A DNA stretch of 64,000 bases, from sequence record ON287375.1, one strand, 5' to 3'. Positions 27,580 through 37,019 of the stretch are shown here, piece by piece. Both the position numbers and the translations under genes were made by a program. The number at the start of each line of letters is the position of its first letter. Position 1 is the stretch's first letter. The notes under the pieces were generated by a model, which worked only from the letters and a program-made list of their open reading frames with translations, made no database searches and was not told where the DNA came from.

Positions 27580-29169
27580 ATGTCAAGTATGGCAGATATA
27601 CTTAACAAATTCGCAGATGAACATATGGTCCCAAGTAAGTTGTTTGATGCAATGATCAAAGCAACTGGGATAGTACCGCAGCAAGATGACCAGTCGTTCT
27701 ATACCCCAATTTATCCAGACTTCATTGACTTCAATGAAAAGCACGACCAATCCATCACCCCACCAATCTATCTGAATGACTTCGACTTTAATATAGAAGA
27801 AGACCGTCAGGCGATTATTGAATTACTTCGTACAGAGTTCGAAGGTAATAACTTTGACACTGTAGCTTCTTGTAGTTGTAAGAAGTATCGTAGTAACTCT
27901 TATCTGGGTTCTGGTTTCGTTTGTGAGTCCTGTGGTCATGAAGTAGTTAAACCACTAACCAGTCGTATTGAGACTAAGGTCTGGTTGAAACGTCCAGCAA
28001 AAGTATCTGGCTTTATTAGTCCGGCTATGTATGCGGTGTTCTTCAGTAAACTGAATACCAAATCTCCAAAGGTCAACCTGGTGGACTATTGGGTTAACCC
28101 TGATGTCCGTAATGAGAAACGTTTCAAAGATCCAAACAACAATGCTTTCAAAATCGCATGTAAGATCGAAGCATTCCGTGAAACCCTGAACATCCCTTAT
28201 GGATATAACAGTTTCATCGAAAACATCGACCTGATCATCCGTAGTGCGATTGAAGCAGATGTAAGTAAAGTACTCGATCTGTCTGAACAAGATCGTAACT
28301 ATTATTCTGAGTTCTGGGATAAGTATCGTACAAAAGCGGTATTCAACTATCTCCCACTCCCAAACAAAATCACCACAGTCGTTGAATCCGACCAACGTGA
28401 CCGTTATGTAAACAAAGAGCAAACTGATCTGGATAAGATCTATTTCACAATCGCCGATACCTATCCTGACTATGATATCCGCGTAGATGAAAACGAAGAC
28501 TTGATGGGTCGTAACCTGAAAGGTCTGGTGGATGCTCTGGCGGAAGTACAGAAGAACATTCTGTTCGGTAAGAAGGGGATGATTCGATATCACGCAGGTG
28601 CTGGTAAATTACCATTTACTGGTCGATCCATTATCACTGGTGAATCTGGAGTGTGTCGTTCTGATACAATCATTTTACCATGGATGTACGGGTTAACCTG
28701 TCTGGATAAACATCTGACTTCCTGGTTGTATCGTAAAGGATATACTCCGAAGAAGATCAAGGAAATAATCCGAACTGCGGCTCACGCTAAACTTCCGATT
28801 ATTGAAGAATTCTATACCTGGATTGAAACCAACCGTTATGCAATGGTAACCGCTGGTCGAAATCCATCAATCCAATATCTGTCTGCACGTGGCTTCTTCG
28901 TTAAGTTCAACCGTGACCTTGATGATAAATCCATCCGTATTCCGATTACTACTGTAAAAGAATTCGGTGCTGACTTTGATGGCGATCAGATGTATGTGAT
29001 CTTCATTCCTGACATGATGTCTAAGATTGAAGCATATTCCAGCTGGGGCCACCATCAGATGTTGGATCCAAATAAACCATTTAGAACCAGTCGTTTTGCA
29101 ACACACACCAAGACAAACCTGCTGAATATTAATTCGCTGTTTCTTGATGTTCCTATTGAGGAGGATTAA
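27580..29169 (+). CDS. Non-virion RNA polymerase beta' subunit, N-terminal part (phiKZ gp55-like)
   Basis: Zn-finger CSCKKY..CESC, GRNPSIQ, catalytic GADFDGDQM; uninterrupted. Confidence 0.93.
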   Translation: MSSMADILNKFADEHMVPSKLFDAMIKATGIVPQQDDQSFYTPIYPDFIDFNEKHDQSITPPIYLNDFDFNIEEDRQAIIELLRTEFEGNNFDTVASCSCKKYRSNSYLGSGFVCESCGHEVVKPLTSRIETKVWLKRPAKVSGFISPAMYAVFFSKLNTKSPKVNLVDYWVNPDVRNEKRFKDPNNNAFKIACKIEAFRETLNIPYGYNSFIENIDLIIRSAIEADVSKVLDLSEQDRNYYSEFWDKYRTKAVFNYLPLPNKITTVVESDQRDRYVNKEQTDLDKIYFTIADTYPDYDIRVDENEDLMGRNLKGLVDALAEVQKNILFGKKGMIRYHAGAGKLPFTGRSIITGESGVCRSDTIILPWMYGLTCLDKHLTSWLYRKGYTPKKIKEIIRTAAHAKLPIIEEFYTWIETNRYAMVTAGRNPSIQYLSARGFFVKFNRDLDDKSIRIPITTVKEFGADFDGDQMYVIFIPDMMSKIEAYSSWGHHQMLDPNKPFRTSRFATHTKTNLLNINSLFLDVPIEED

Positions 29170-29837
29170 TGCTAAATGCAACTAGCGCATTTACCCGTGC
29201 ATGTAGTGGGTCGATGACGGATGCAAGTGCAGGTGCTTTTGATAAGTTCATGAATGGGTTTTATGATCGATATCAGAATCTGAGTGGATGGTTAGGTGAA
29301 ACCCTTAATACGGTAAAGGAAGCCCATAAGAACTTTATGGATTCTCGTATGTGGGAATTCTCTAACCGAGTTAATGGTAAAGATGGTCAGTATGTTGGTC
29401 GCTTTGAAATCGGTTATTTGTCTGAAGCGCAATATCAAAGACAAGCAACTGGGTTCATGAGAGATTATATCATGGCCAACCCACTCTTGATGGGTCTGTA
29501 TCAGGATGGTCGTGTCGATGGTTATGGTGGGGACTTTAGTGACCTGTGTACTGGAGTAGGTCGCGATAACTTCTATTATAATAAATCCATCGATGGTAAG
29601 GTAATGTTTGATGCTGAAGAGAACACATTAAACAGAACGGTGTTTACATCTTCCCGTGATGCTCTGACTCATCTGACATTCTCCGAACGTGTTGATATCC
29701 ATCGCACCTGGCAAGCTACTAACCTTCATATCGCAGCGAATCTGTTTGATCCAACTTCTATTATTGGTGATAACATTCTGAGCATGGAAGAAGTAGAAGA
29801 ACGTCGTCGTAAGTTAGAAGAAGAGAGTTCTGAATAA
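29169..29837 (+). CDS. Conserved chimallivirus hypothetical protein
   Basis: TAATG-coupled to the RNAP gene; YIMANP..LY..GRVDGY motif; terminator 29845-29876. Confidence 0.8.
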   Translation: MLNATSAFTRACSGSMTDASAGAFDKFMNGFYDRYQNLSGWLGETLNTVKEAHKNFMDSRMWEFSNRVNGKDGQYVGRFEIGYLSEAQYQRQATGFMRDYIMANPLLMGLYQDGRVDGYGGDFSDLCTGVGRDNFYYNKSIDGKVMFDAEENTLNRTVFTSSRDALTHLTFSERVDIHRTWQATNLHIAANLFDPTSIIGDNILSMEEVEERRRKLEEESSE

Positions 29838-29906
29838 CTGAAATAGCAATGGGGTGGAAACACCCTGTTGCTTTTATTCAGGTTCTTATTTTTTTTGTGA
29901 GAAAAT

Positions 29907-30362
29907 ATGATTTTTGATACTGAACGTATGGATGAGTGTTTGAAGTCTGAACGCATTACTTGTCCTCCAGGATTATCAAGAGAACAGAAACGGACTTTTA
30001 TCATTCAACATGCTACTGATAAAGAGGGTAATGTGGATATTCATAAAGACGGTCTAGTCGTTGTCAAACGTAAGTCTGATGATCTTAATAACTTTAAAGC
30101 CTATAACCTTAAAGGAGGTGACAAAGTTGCTCGCATCAACTTCCAAAATGGATTTGTGGATGAACAAACTGGTGCCAATGGTTTGACTAACGAAGCACTC
30201 ATTGCAATTGCACTGAATCGCTTAGAAGGTCAGAACAAAGGTAAGTTCCAGTCCATCCATAATGATAAAGCTATCGAATGTTTACGTGGTGCTTTGGTTG
30301 CACTTAAAGCTCGCGTAGATGACAGAATAGCTCGTGGTGTTTCTAACACTGATGCGGAGTAA
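29907..30362 (+). CDS. acb2: Acb2-family anti-CBASS cyclic-oligonucleotide sponge with an N-terminal extension
   Basis: [45 protein letters not shown] matches the recalled Acb2 pattern (FQ.G....NG.T.E.L.....DRL.......N..A...L..A...L..R...R..RGV). Confidence 0.85.
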   Translation: MIFDTERMDECLKSERITCPPGLSREQKRTFIIQHATDKEGNVDIHKDGLVVVKRKSDDLNNFKAYNLKGGDKVARINFQNGFVDEQTGANGLTNEALIAIALNRLEGQNKGKFQSIHNDKAIECLRGALVALKARVDDRIARGVSNTDAE

Positions 30363-30830
30363 ATGATGTCTAACTTTGGTTACTGTGAATTACAGGTTGA
30401 CCTTAACACCGGGATTAAGATTCAAAAGGCCATCGACTCTGCTGAGGTTGAACAACCTTTAGATCTTATTCCTGCCAACAAGCTCCATGCTACAATAATG
30501 TACGATGAACGGAATCCTGATATCTTCCCTTCTAAATCTAAGTCGGTTTACAAGGCCAAGATTAAAGGCGTAAAGACTTTAGGAGAACCTGGTTCTAAGT
30601 GGTATGCGGCAGCTTTGGTACTGGAGTCCCCAGCTATCCAAAACCGCTTCAAGCAGCTACTGGATGAAGGTTTCCAACATTCTTATGACGACCTTCTGTT
30701 ACACGTATCATTATGCTACGGTAAAGATACCGATATCCTTGCACCTATATTAGAGAAGATGTTGGCGGAAGGTAAACTTCCTGAAACAATTACTCTGTGC
30801 AATGAGACTTGGGAACACTGTGGTATTTAA
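30363..30830 (+). CDS. acb1: Acb1-family 2H phosphoesterase (T4 gp57B-like anti-CBASS nuclease)
   Basis: Two HxT/S motifs (LHATIMY, LHVSLCY), preceded by HSYDD as in T4 57B; 155 aa. Confidence 0.85.
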   Translation: MMSNFGYCELQVDLNTGIKIQKAIDSAEVEQPLDLIPANKLHATIMYDERNPDIFPSKSKSVYKAKIKGVKTLGEPGSKWYAAALVLESPAIQNRFKQLLDEGFQHSYDDLLLHVSLCYGKDTDILAPILEKMLAEGKLPETITLCNETWEHCGI

Positions 30831-30902
30831 GCATGGGCGCTGTAAGGATGATTTAGTAGAGGGATCTGGTAGGAGAGTGGATTCATATTCACTTGTATTT
30901 CA

Positions 30903-30930
30903 TTTCAGACCTATATTACTTAAGTGATAA
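30903..30930 (+). promoter_or_regulatory. Putative early promoter
   Basis: TTTCAGACCTATATTACTTAAGTGATAA. Confidence 0.6.
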
Positions 30931-30974
30931 ACCTAAACAGTTTAAACTTAATTAACTATAGAGAGAAACTAATT

Positions 30975-31142
30975 ATGTTCTTTAACAGCCCACATGACTC
31001 AGTAGTAATCGGTTCTGCATTCTTCTCCGGTGTTGGTGCTCTGGTATTTGGCACAGCTGCTTATTATGGTATCAAAGCGGCAGTGATTCAGTTCATCAAT
31101 AATCGCGAATCTAACCGTCCAATGGCTACTCGCAATAAATAA
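30975..31142 (+). CDS. Small single-TM protein, 55 aa
   Basis: Hydrophobic VVIGSAFFSGVGALVFGTAAYYGI; own promoter and terminator (31151-31178). Confidence 0.75.
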   Translation: MFFNSPHDSVVIGSAFFSGVGALVFGTAAYYGIKAAVIQFINNRESNRPMATRNK

Positions 31143-31245
31143 GTCATAACCAGGATCTCCCGTAATTGGGAGATCCTGTTATTATCTGCTTGTTTATTTT
31201 TTTTTGTTTTCATATTTTGATTAGCTTTATATAGAGGAAGTCAAA

Positions 31246-31653
31246 ATGTCCAAAGGTGTAGTGGGAACGATGGATACCGTAGGGTTTATTACCGAACCCA
31301 CCATCAAGATAGATAGACTTATTGCATACTGGTTTGCTAACCGTATTGACCAATGTCTCATACTCCGTAACATTCACTCTTATCAGTACGTCATCGCCAA
31401 ACACCAAGACGATAAAAAGAATGAAGACAAGTTACTGGAAGATATAAAAAATAACCTTCAGGCATATTTACTGGAGTGCTTCGAAGGGTGTTCTGTTGAC
31501 GCCTGGGCGAAGCGTGATAATCCTGAAGATAAAATGTTTACCTTGGTACTCTCTGGTGTTGTTTTCCAAGATGGCAAGGAATATGAACTCAGTAACTCCG
31601 TTCTGATTAACGGTAGTACTTATGAACTCATTGATAAAGGTAGAGGCGGTTAA
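31246..31653 (+). CDS. Conserved chimallivirus hypothetical protein, 135 aa
   Basis: RBS GAGGAA; core-block position before the nuclease. Confidence 0.8.
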   Translation: MSKGVVGTMDTVGFITEPTIKIDRLIAYWFANRIDQCLILRNIHSYQYVIAKHQDDKKNEDKLLEDIKNNLQAYLLECFEGCSVDAWAKRDNPEDKMFTLVLSGVVFQDGKEYELSNSVLINGSTYELIDKGRGG

Positions 31654-31654
31654 C

Positions 31655-32458
31655 GTGGTAGATAAAACTCAGTTTGATAATATCGACAAATCCAAACATG
31701 GTAAATTAATTGAATTCATGACAGATGCTTTTAAGTCTGTCGAAATCGCTGGTAAGAATGTAATCCAAACTCCAGATGGCGAGTTTATTGAATATGTTCT
31801 TATGGAAGAGAAATACTTCATTGATAACTGGTTGGTTCAGTTTGCTATCGGTCATGTCGGTGAAAAGAACTACTTCAACCATGAAGCCTGGTCTCGTTTG
31901 ACTAATGCTTTCACTAAGGGCGTTATTGTTCTTAATGAAGATAAACAGCCTGTGGTACTGATCCGTAAGTTTATTGATATGGATTTGAACTACATGCAGA
32001 AACACCATCTGCAAGATGTGGCCGGCCAAGCTTCTGATGCTAAATTCATTCCTAATAAGGAAGAGGCTGATGAGTTGGTTAATCGTTTTGCTGAAGCAGT
32101 TAAAGTCATCACTAGTCAGAATCCAGACTACGATACATTGACCGCTATGATTCCTTTGGAATACTACCTACGTAATGGCGTAGATCCAACTGTGGTTAAA
32201 CAAGTCATCTATATTCGTGACAACTACAAAATCAATGGTGAACCAATCGAACCAGATTGTGAGATCATGAAAGAAGTAGAAGCTATTCTGTATAAACATG
32301 CACGAATGGAACCTGTCACTGCAAAAGAGAAAGCTTTGGTTACCGAAGTTACTAATGGTGATTTTATTTTCGACGAGAACCCTAATAAGGTAGAAGATAA
32401 AGTTAACCAAACTGCCGAATCTGATCAGGTAGCCGATTTCGATCCATTAGCTGAATAA
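31655..32458 (+). CDS. Conserved chimallivirus hypothetical protein, about 267 aa
   Basis: GTG 31655 with RBS GAGGCGG just after the upstream stop. Confidence 0.8.
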   Translation: MVDKTQFDNIDKSKHGKLIEFMTDAFKSVEIAGKNVIQTPDGEFIEYVLMEEKYFIDNWLVQFAIGHVGEKNYFNHEAWSRLTNAFTKGVIVLNEDKQPVVLIRKFIDMDLNYMQKHHLQDVAGQASDAKFIPNKEEADELVNRFAEAVKVITSQNPDYDTLTAMIPLEYYLRNGVDPTVVKQVIYIRDNYKINGEPIEPDCEIMKEVEAILYKHARMEPVTAKEKALVTEVTNGDFIFDENPNKVEDKVNQTAESDQVADFDPLAE

Positions 32459-32484
32459 TAAGCTTGTGGGTGTAGAGGAAACAT

Positions 32485-33621
32485 ATGAAAGAAAATTTCT
32501 TCGGTGTACAGACCACGGACCATCACTGTCTGCACCCACATACTCCAACTCGTCATATCTTGGGTAACCTTGATCAGTTCTACTATAAGGAACTGAACCT
32601 TGACGAAGTTGACTTTAATATATTAACTGGTGACTTCTTCCATGATTTAGCACCAGCTAATGATCCAAACATGATGCTCTGTCAGCGCTGGATTAAAAAG
32701 CACCTTCAAATATGTCATGATAAGAAAGTTCATGTTCGTATACTTGAAGGGACTTCTTCCCATGACTGGGGTCAACCTGAAGTATTTGATATCCTTAAAC
32801 CTAAGGATACTCCGTACATTAAGTACGTTAACACACTGTCTATTGAGTATATTCCAGAGCTAGATATCAACGTTATGTACGTCCCTGATAACTTCGGTCA
32901 TAAGTCTACTGAACTTATTTACGAAGATGCTCTGAAACTTCTGGCTGGCGCAGGTCTTAAACAAGTTGACTTTATTCTGTTGCATGGTGGATTTGATTAT
33001 CAACTTCCTCCAATTGCTAATAAGAATGGATCTTTGTATGATTCAGTCAAATGGTCTGCTTTAGCCAAGAAAGCCATATTCAGTGGTCATATTCATAAAC
33101 CAAGTCATAAACTGAATATCTATTGTGGCGGTAGCTTTGACCGTACAGCCTTTGGTGAAATGCATCCTAAAGGTGGTTATAAGTTCTGGTGGGGTAAGGA
33201 TGATTTTAAGGCAGAGTTCTGGGAGAACAAGAATGCCTTGATCTATGACAAAATCCTTATCAATCGTGAGATGGGTGCTAAAGAGATCCAAAGGGAACTG
33301 AATAACTACTTAGCTAAGAACCCACCTAAGAACACACATATTCGTTTGGTTGGTGGTTTGGCCTCCGTTACCGGTTCTTTAATTAACGATTATAAAGAAC
33401 AATACCCTCAGTATCATTTTGATCTGGATAATGTTAAAGAGGATAACATCGAAGTTGATGATACCTTGTATACACCAGAAATGTACAAAGGGGTATCTCT
33501 GACCAAGTTGAACCTTCAGGATAGTTTGTTTAACTTCATGGAGTCTACCTTACAGCAGAATGACGATATTGATCGTGATTTGTTGAAGGAACTCCTATCA
33601 GAGGTAATGGAGAATGATTGA
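32485..33621 (+). CDS. SbcD/Mre11-like metallophosphoesterase nuclease (phiKZ gp65-like)
   Basis: Motifs TDHH, GDFFH, GTSSHD, LHG, GHIH and GSFDR. Confidence 0.9.
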   Translation: MKENFFGVQTTDHHCLHPHTPTRHILGNLDQFYYKELNLDEVDFNILTGDFFHDLAPANDPNMMLCQRWIKKHLQICHDKKVHVRILEGTSSHDWGQPEVFDILKPKDTPYIKYVNTLSIEYIPELDINVMYVPDNFGHKSTELIYEDALKLLAGAGLKQVDFILLHGGFDYQLPPIANKNGSLYDSVKWSALAKKAIFSGHIHKPSHKLNIYCGGSFDRTAFGEMHPKGGYKFWWGKDDFKAEFWENKNALIYDKILINREMGAKEIQRELNNYLAKNPPKNTHIRLVGGLASVTGSLINDYKEQYPQYHFDLDNVKEDNIEVDDTLYTPEMYKGVSLTKLNLQDSLFNFMESTLQQNDDIDRDLLKELLSEVMEND

Positions 33622-34408
33622 AAGAACTAAAGGTACACTTCCTATAAGCGTCGGTACGGCGCTTGCTATAGAAGTTCTACCTGGGACAGCCATGCATAAG
33701 TATGGTGCCCTCCTGGTGAATCTCAGGACGATTATCCGTAATGCTAGACAAGCTTACGATGATTACGTTCCGACGGTTAAGGAATTAACCCAAGCAGTCA
33801 AGGAAGACATCATCGGGATAGCTGAAGCAATAGTCGCAATGAAGATAAAGACGGTTTTAGAATTAAAGTTTTACTACCCTAGCTATCTATCGTTACCAAG
33901 ATTATTTCCTTTAGCAAAACTTAAAGACGTTGAGAAAGATGGAAATGATAATCAAAAGAAATTGGCTAGGCTGGATAAAGATGTTGCAACTAACATCTTA
34001 AAGGAGTTTGGAGATAGCATCCTTAAAACAGATTCCAAGATTCCTCAGTTTACTCATGACGCTTTGATTATCACTCACCATCCAGTCGATTTAGTAACGA
34101 CTGATTCTTACGCCAGACTTAATCTATTAGAGTCTCATACTGGTGCGATCAAGAACTACACATTGTTCTACACCAAGTTGACAGGTTCTGATAAATTTAC
34201 AAACATACCTTTTAATAAACTGACGATACAGATATTTGGAGACAAATCTACAAACTTCTACTCTCAGTCATTAGGTGTGAAGAATGAAGTTAAGATGTTG
34301 GCGGATACTGCACGCTGGAGTACTGCATCAACGCCTTCATTAGTAGCAAGATCAATCCGATCTCTGGGCAATACACCAGAGAAACAAATTCTACTCAAAA
34401 TGATTTAA
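33614..34408 (+). CDS. Conserved core protein, possibly 5' nuclease-like fold (phiKZ gp66 position)
   Basis: Lies between the nuclease and chmC; THHPVDL and LLESHTG motifs. Confidence 0.7.
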   Translation: MIERTKGTLPISVGTALAIEVLPGTAMHKYGALLVNLRTIIRNARQAYDDYVPTVKELTQAVKEDIIGIAEAIVAMKIKTVLELKFYYPSYLSLPRLFPLAKLKDVEKDGNDNQKKLARLDKDVATNILKEFGDSILKTDSKIPQFTHDALIITHHPVDLVTTDSYARLNLLESHTGAIKNYTLFYTKLTGSDKFTNIPFNKLTIQIFGDKSTNFYSQSLGVKNEVKMLADTARWSTASTPSLVARSIRSLGNTPEKQILLKMI

Positions 34409-34422
34409 ATAAGGAACTTATT

Positions 34423-35193
34423 ATGGGCCAGCAACAAAACTTCGTACGTCGTCCACAAACCATGTTCAACGACTTCCGTTATCCGATGCCTACCTCTGAC
34501 AAACCAGTTGAAGGTGCTAAGTATCCAGCTCGTTGGGTTTGGGACTTCGGTCTGAACGGCAACATCTACTTCAAAGTGAATGATGGTATTTGGGGTAAAG
34601 ATGATCGCAACGCCAAGTCTAAAGAAGTTGAACTGTCAGTATTTGACCGTGGTGCACTGTTGAACCTGATGGAGAATGCGATCAATGATCCTAACTTCAC
34701 CAAGGCTCAGTACCATGTTAAGAAAGTACAGTTTGGTTCTGGTGGTCGTCTGAACGATCATCCATCTACTCTGGGTACTTTCACTGTTATCCGTGATCAG
34801 CATGGTCGTATCCTGGTTGGTTATTCCAAAGGAACTTACAAAGTAATGTTCCCATTCACCTCTCCTTATGAATCCACTATCCTGGTTTCCTCTAATGGTG
34901 GTGAACCAACTGAAGACCGTGGTCTGATGTCTCGTGTTTATTGCAAAGCTTTCATCGATTTCTCTCGTAAGTTCATGGATCAGTATGAATGGGATAACTA
35001 CAAACCTAAAGAGAAGAAAGGTGAGAACAATAACGGCGGCGGTCGTCAAGGCGGCGGTAACTCTTGGGGTGGCAATAACCAAGGTGGCGGCAACAATAAT
35101 AGTTGGGGTGGTAATGGCGGTAATAGCAACCAGTCTTCTGGTCAAACTCGCTCAGCCCCAGCTAATGATTTCGATGATGACATCGACTTTTGA
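34423..35193 (+). CDS. chmC: ChmC, nucleus-associated RNA-binding protein with a G/N-rich disordered tail
   Basis: 256 aa, directly upstream of the gp68-like subunit and picA; tail ends NDFDDDIDF. Confidence 0.75.
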   Translation: MGQQQNFVRRPQTMFNDFRYPMPTSDKPVEGAKYPARWVWDFGLNGNIYFKVNDGIWGKDDRNAKSKEVELSVFDRGALLNLMENAINDPNFTKAQYHVKKVQFGSGGRLNDHPSTLGTFTVIRDQHGRILVGYSKGTYKVMFPFTSPYESTILVSSNGGEPTEDRGLMSRVYCKAFIDFSRKFMDQYEWDNYKPKEKKGENNNGGGRQGGGNSWGGNNQGGGNNNSWGGNGGNSNQSSGQTRSAPANDFDDDIDF

Positions 35194-35213
35194 TGCCTAA
35201 CTAATTCATAATC

Positions 35214-35239
35214 GAGAGTATCCCTTCGGGGATACTCTC
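35214..35239 (+). terminator. Terminator with cUUCGg loop
   Basis: GAGAGTATCCC-ttcg-GGGATACTCTC. Confidence 0.8.
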
Positions 35240-35318
35240 TCTATGTTTGTTTTGTTATTTTAATTAATAACTCTACGATCCATATCCTGTCAATTCATTT
35301 TTGTAATGTCTATAAATG

Positions 35319-35345
35319 TTGAAACAGATATTATTAGAGTGTATG
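35319..35345 (+). promoter_or_regulatory. Early promoter for the gp68-like/picA operon
   Basis: TTGAAACAGATATTATTAGAGTGTATG. Confidence 0.7.
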
Positions 35346-35378
35346 AACATAAATGAATTTAGTTTAGGAGGATGTGCA

Positions 35379-37019
35379 ATGCTACGTTATGATATCCGAA
35401 TGAGCGGCAAGAAAAACATTGACGCCATTATTGTAAGTTATAAAGGTGAAGAGATTATCTTCCGTGGTATTCAGAAAGTAAATGGTGGGGATGCCGACCA
35501 AGAACTGTTTGAATATCTGAATGAGTTCTTCGAAGGTTGTCAGCAGAAGAAAATCGACAAACTGTGGGATCTTCTTAAACAAGGTAAGAAGATTCTGGAG
35601 CCAGGTTATTTCGATGAAGTCGATTCTGCAGAACTGTCTGAACTCAGAAAGAATAATGGTGACTATCGTTATCTGCAAGATAAACTGGAGCCGATCATTC
35701 GTGAGATCTATAACACTATCGCACCTAATGAAGTAGCTTATGGTGCAATGGTGACCGGGCGTTGTAAAGCTCCGAAAGATCTGATGGCAATGTCTTCCCT
35801 GGGTGATTATCCAGAAGAAACAACCATCGATAACATGAAGTATGAAGAACTGGTGAAGTTTGCATTTGCAGGCCAACTGTCCTTCCCGATCATTAACCAG
35901 TTGCTGGATCATGTTTCCGGTATTGCAGGTAAAGACGGTAAAGATGCAATCGCGGGTGGTTTGATCTCTCGTATTGAAGCACTAACTGCTATGGATGGTT
36001 GGAAGATTCTCGACACATATGTTCGAGCATCTTGCATCCGTCAGGAAGCAAGACGCAATAGTATCAGTGTGGTCAGTGATGTTAAGTATATTGACTATAT
36101 CGTATATAAAGGTTTGTTTAACAAACTGTGTCTGACTTTCCTGCCAAGCAAGATCAATGGCAAGAACCTTTCTAAAGAACTGAACAGTTTAGTAGAAGGT
36201 GAGATTCGTGGTGGATCCGATATTAAGTTCAAAACTTATAAAGATCCAAAGCCAGGTTCTGATGATCAATCGATTCCAGAATCTTTCCGAATCACTCAGG
36301 CTGTAAACGGTACTGATGAAATTGCGCAGGCTGAGTATTTCACATTCGATTTGTATATCGAAGAACATACTCAAGATCAATGGGGTAATCCAGTAGTTAA
36401 CTATCTGAAAAAGCCAAAGGACTTCTTCAGTCATCAATGTTTAGGTCTGGGCGTTAAGAACCAGTTCCTGGCAGAACGTCTGTTCAATACACTTCCACGT
36501 GTTTGGGATTTCCGTTTGAATTCCATCCATATGAAGTTACTGCAACTGGCATTCATCGACGACATTAACTATAACCTGATTCCGGTCCTGAACTATGACC
36601 AGCTCATGGCAGCTATCTGTCTGGCTCAAGTGAAACTGTTTGAAATGGGATTTGAGCATCTGGCATGTCTGTGTTCGATTGTTCGTAATCCTAGTTATCC
36701 AGTAGCGTTCTTGGATGATGACTTTAAGTTGTCCACTAAAGATCGTGAAATGCTGACTGAGATGTGTGACATTTATGTGGGTCAATCTGTATCCACTACT
36801 GAAAACATCTTAGTTAAATCTGTATCTGATTTCCTGGACGAACTCAGTACCTCCGGTTGGGACTCCACTATCGAGCCTGGGCTGTTGGGTAATGAGAAAT
36901 TCGTAAACGCGATGGCTTCTGGTCAAATGTATCAACTTGATCTTGTACCTGAAATGAAACGCGAACTCCTGGAATTGGTTAAACTGACAAACACTGTAGA
37001 AGAGAAGGAAGCTGAATAA
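35379..37019 (+). CDS. nvRNAP promoter-specificity subunit (phiKZ gp68-like)
   Basis: About 546 aa between chmC and picA; RBS AGGAGG. Call rests on synteny. Confidence 0.75.
   Translation: MLRYDIRMSGKKNIDAIIVSYKGEEIIFRGIQKVNGGDADQELFEYLNEFFEGCQQKKIDKLWDLLKQGKKILEPGYFDEVDSAELSELRKNNGDYRYLQDKLEPIIREIYNTIAPNEVAYGAMVTGRCKAPKDLMAMSSLGDYPEETTIDNMKYEELVKFAFAGQLSFPIINQLLDHVSGIAGKDGKDAIAGGLISRIEALTAMDGWKILDTYVRASCIRQEARRNSISVVSDVKYIDYIVYKGLFNKLCLTFLPSKINGKNLSKELNSLVEGEIRGGSDIKFKTYKDPKPGSDDQSIPESFRITQAVNGTDEIAQAEYFTFDLYIEEHTQDQWGNPVVNYLKKPKDFFSHQCLGLGVKNQFLAERLFNTLPRVWDFRLNSIHMKLLQLAFIDDINYNLIPVLNYDQLMAAICLAQVKLFEMGFEHLACLCSIVRNPSYPVAFLDDDFKLSTKDREMLTEMCDIYVGQSVSTTENILVKSVSDFLDELSTSGWDSTIEPGLLGNEKFVNAMASGQMYQLDLVPEMKRELLELVKLTNTVEEKEAE

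Noticed and set aside
35030-35130. GGT/GGC/AAT/AAC low-complexity DNA repeat
   Set aside because: Explained by the G/N-rich coding tail of ChmC, so not an independent DNA repeat.
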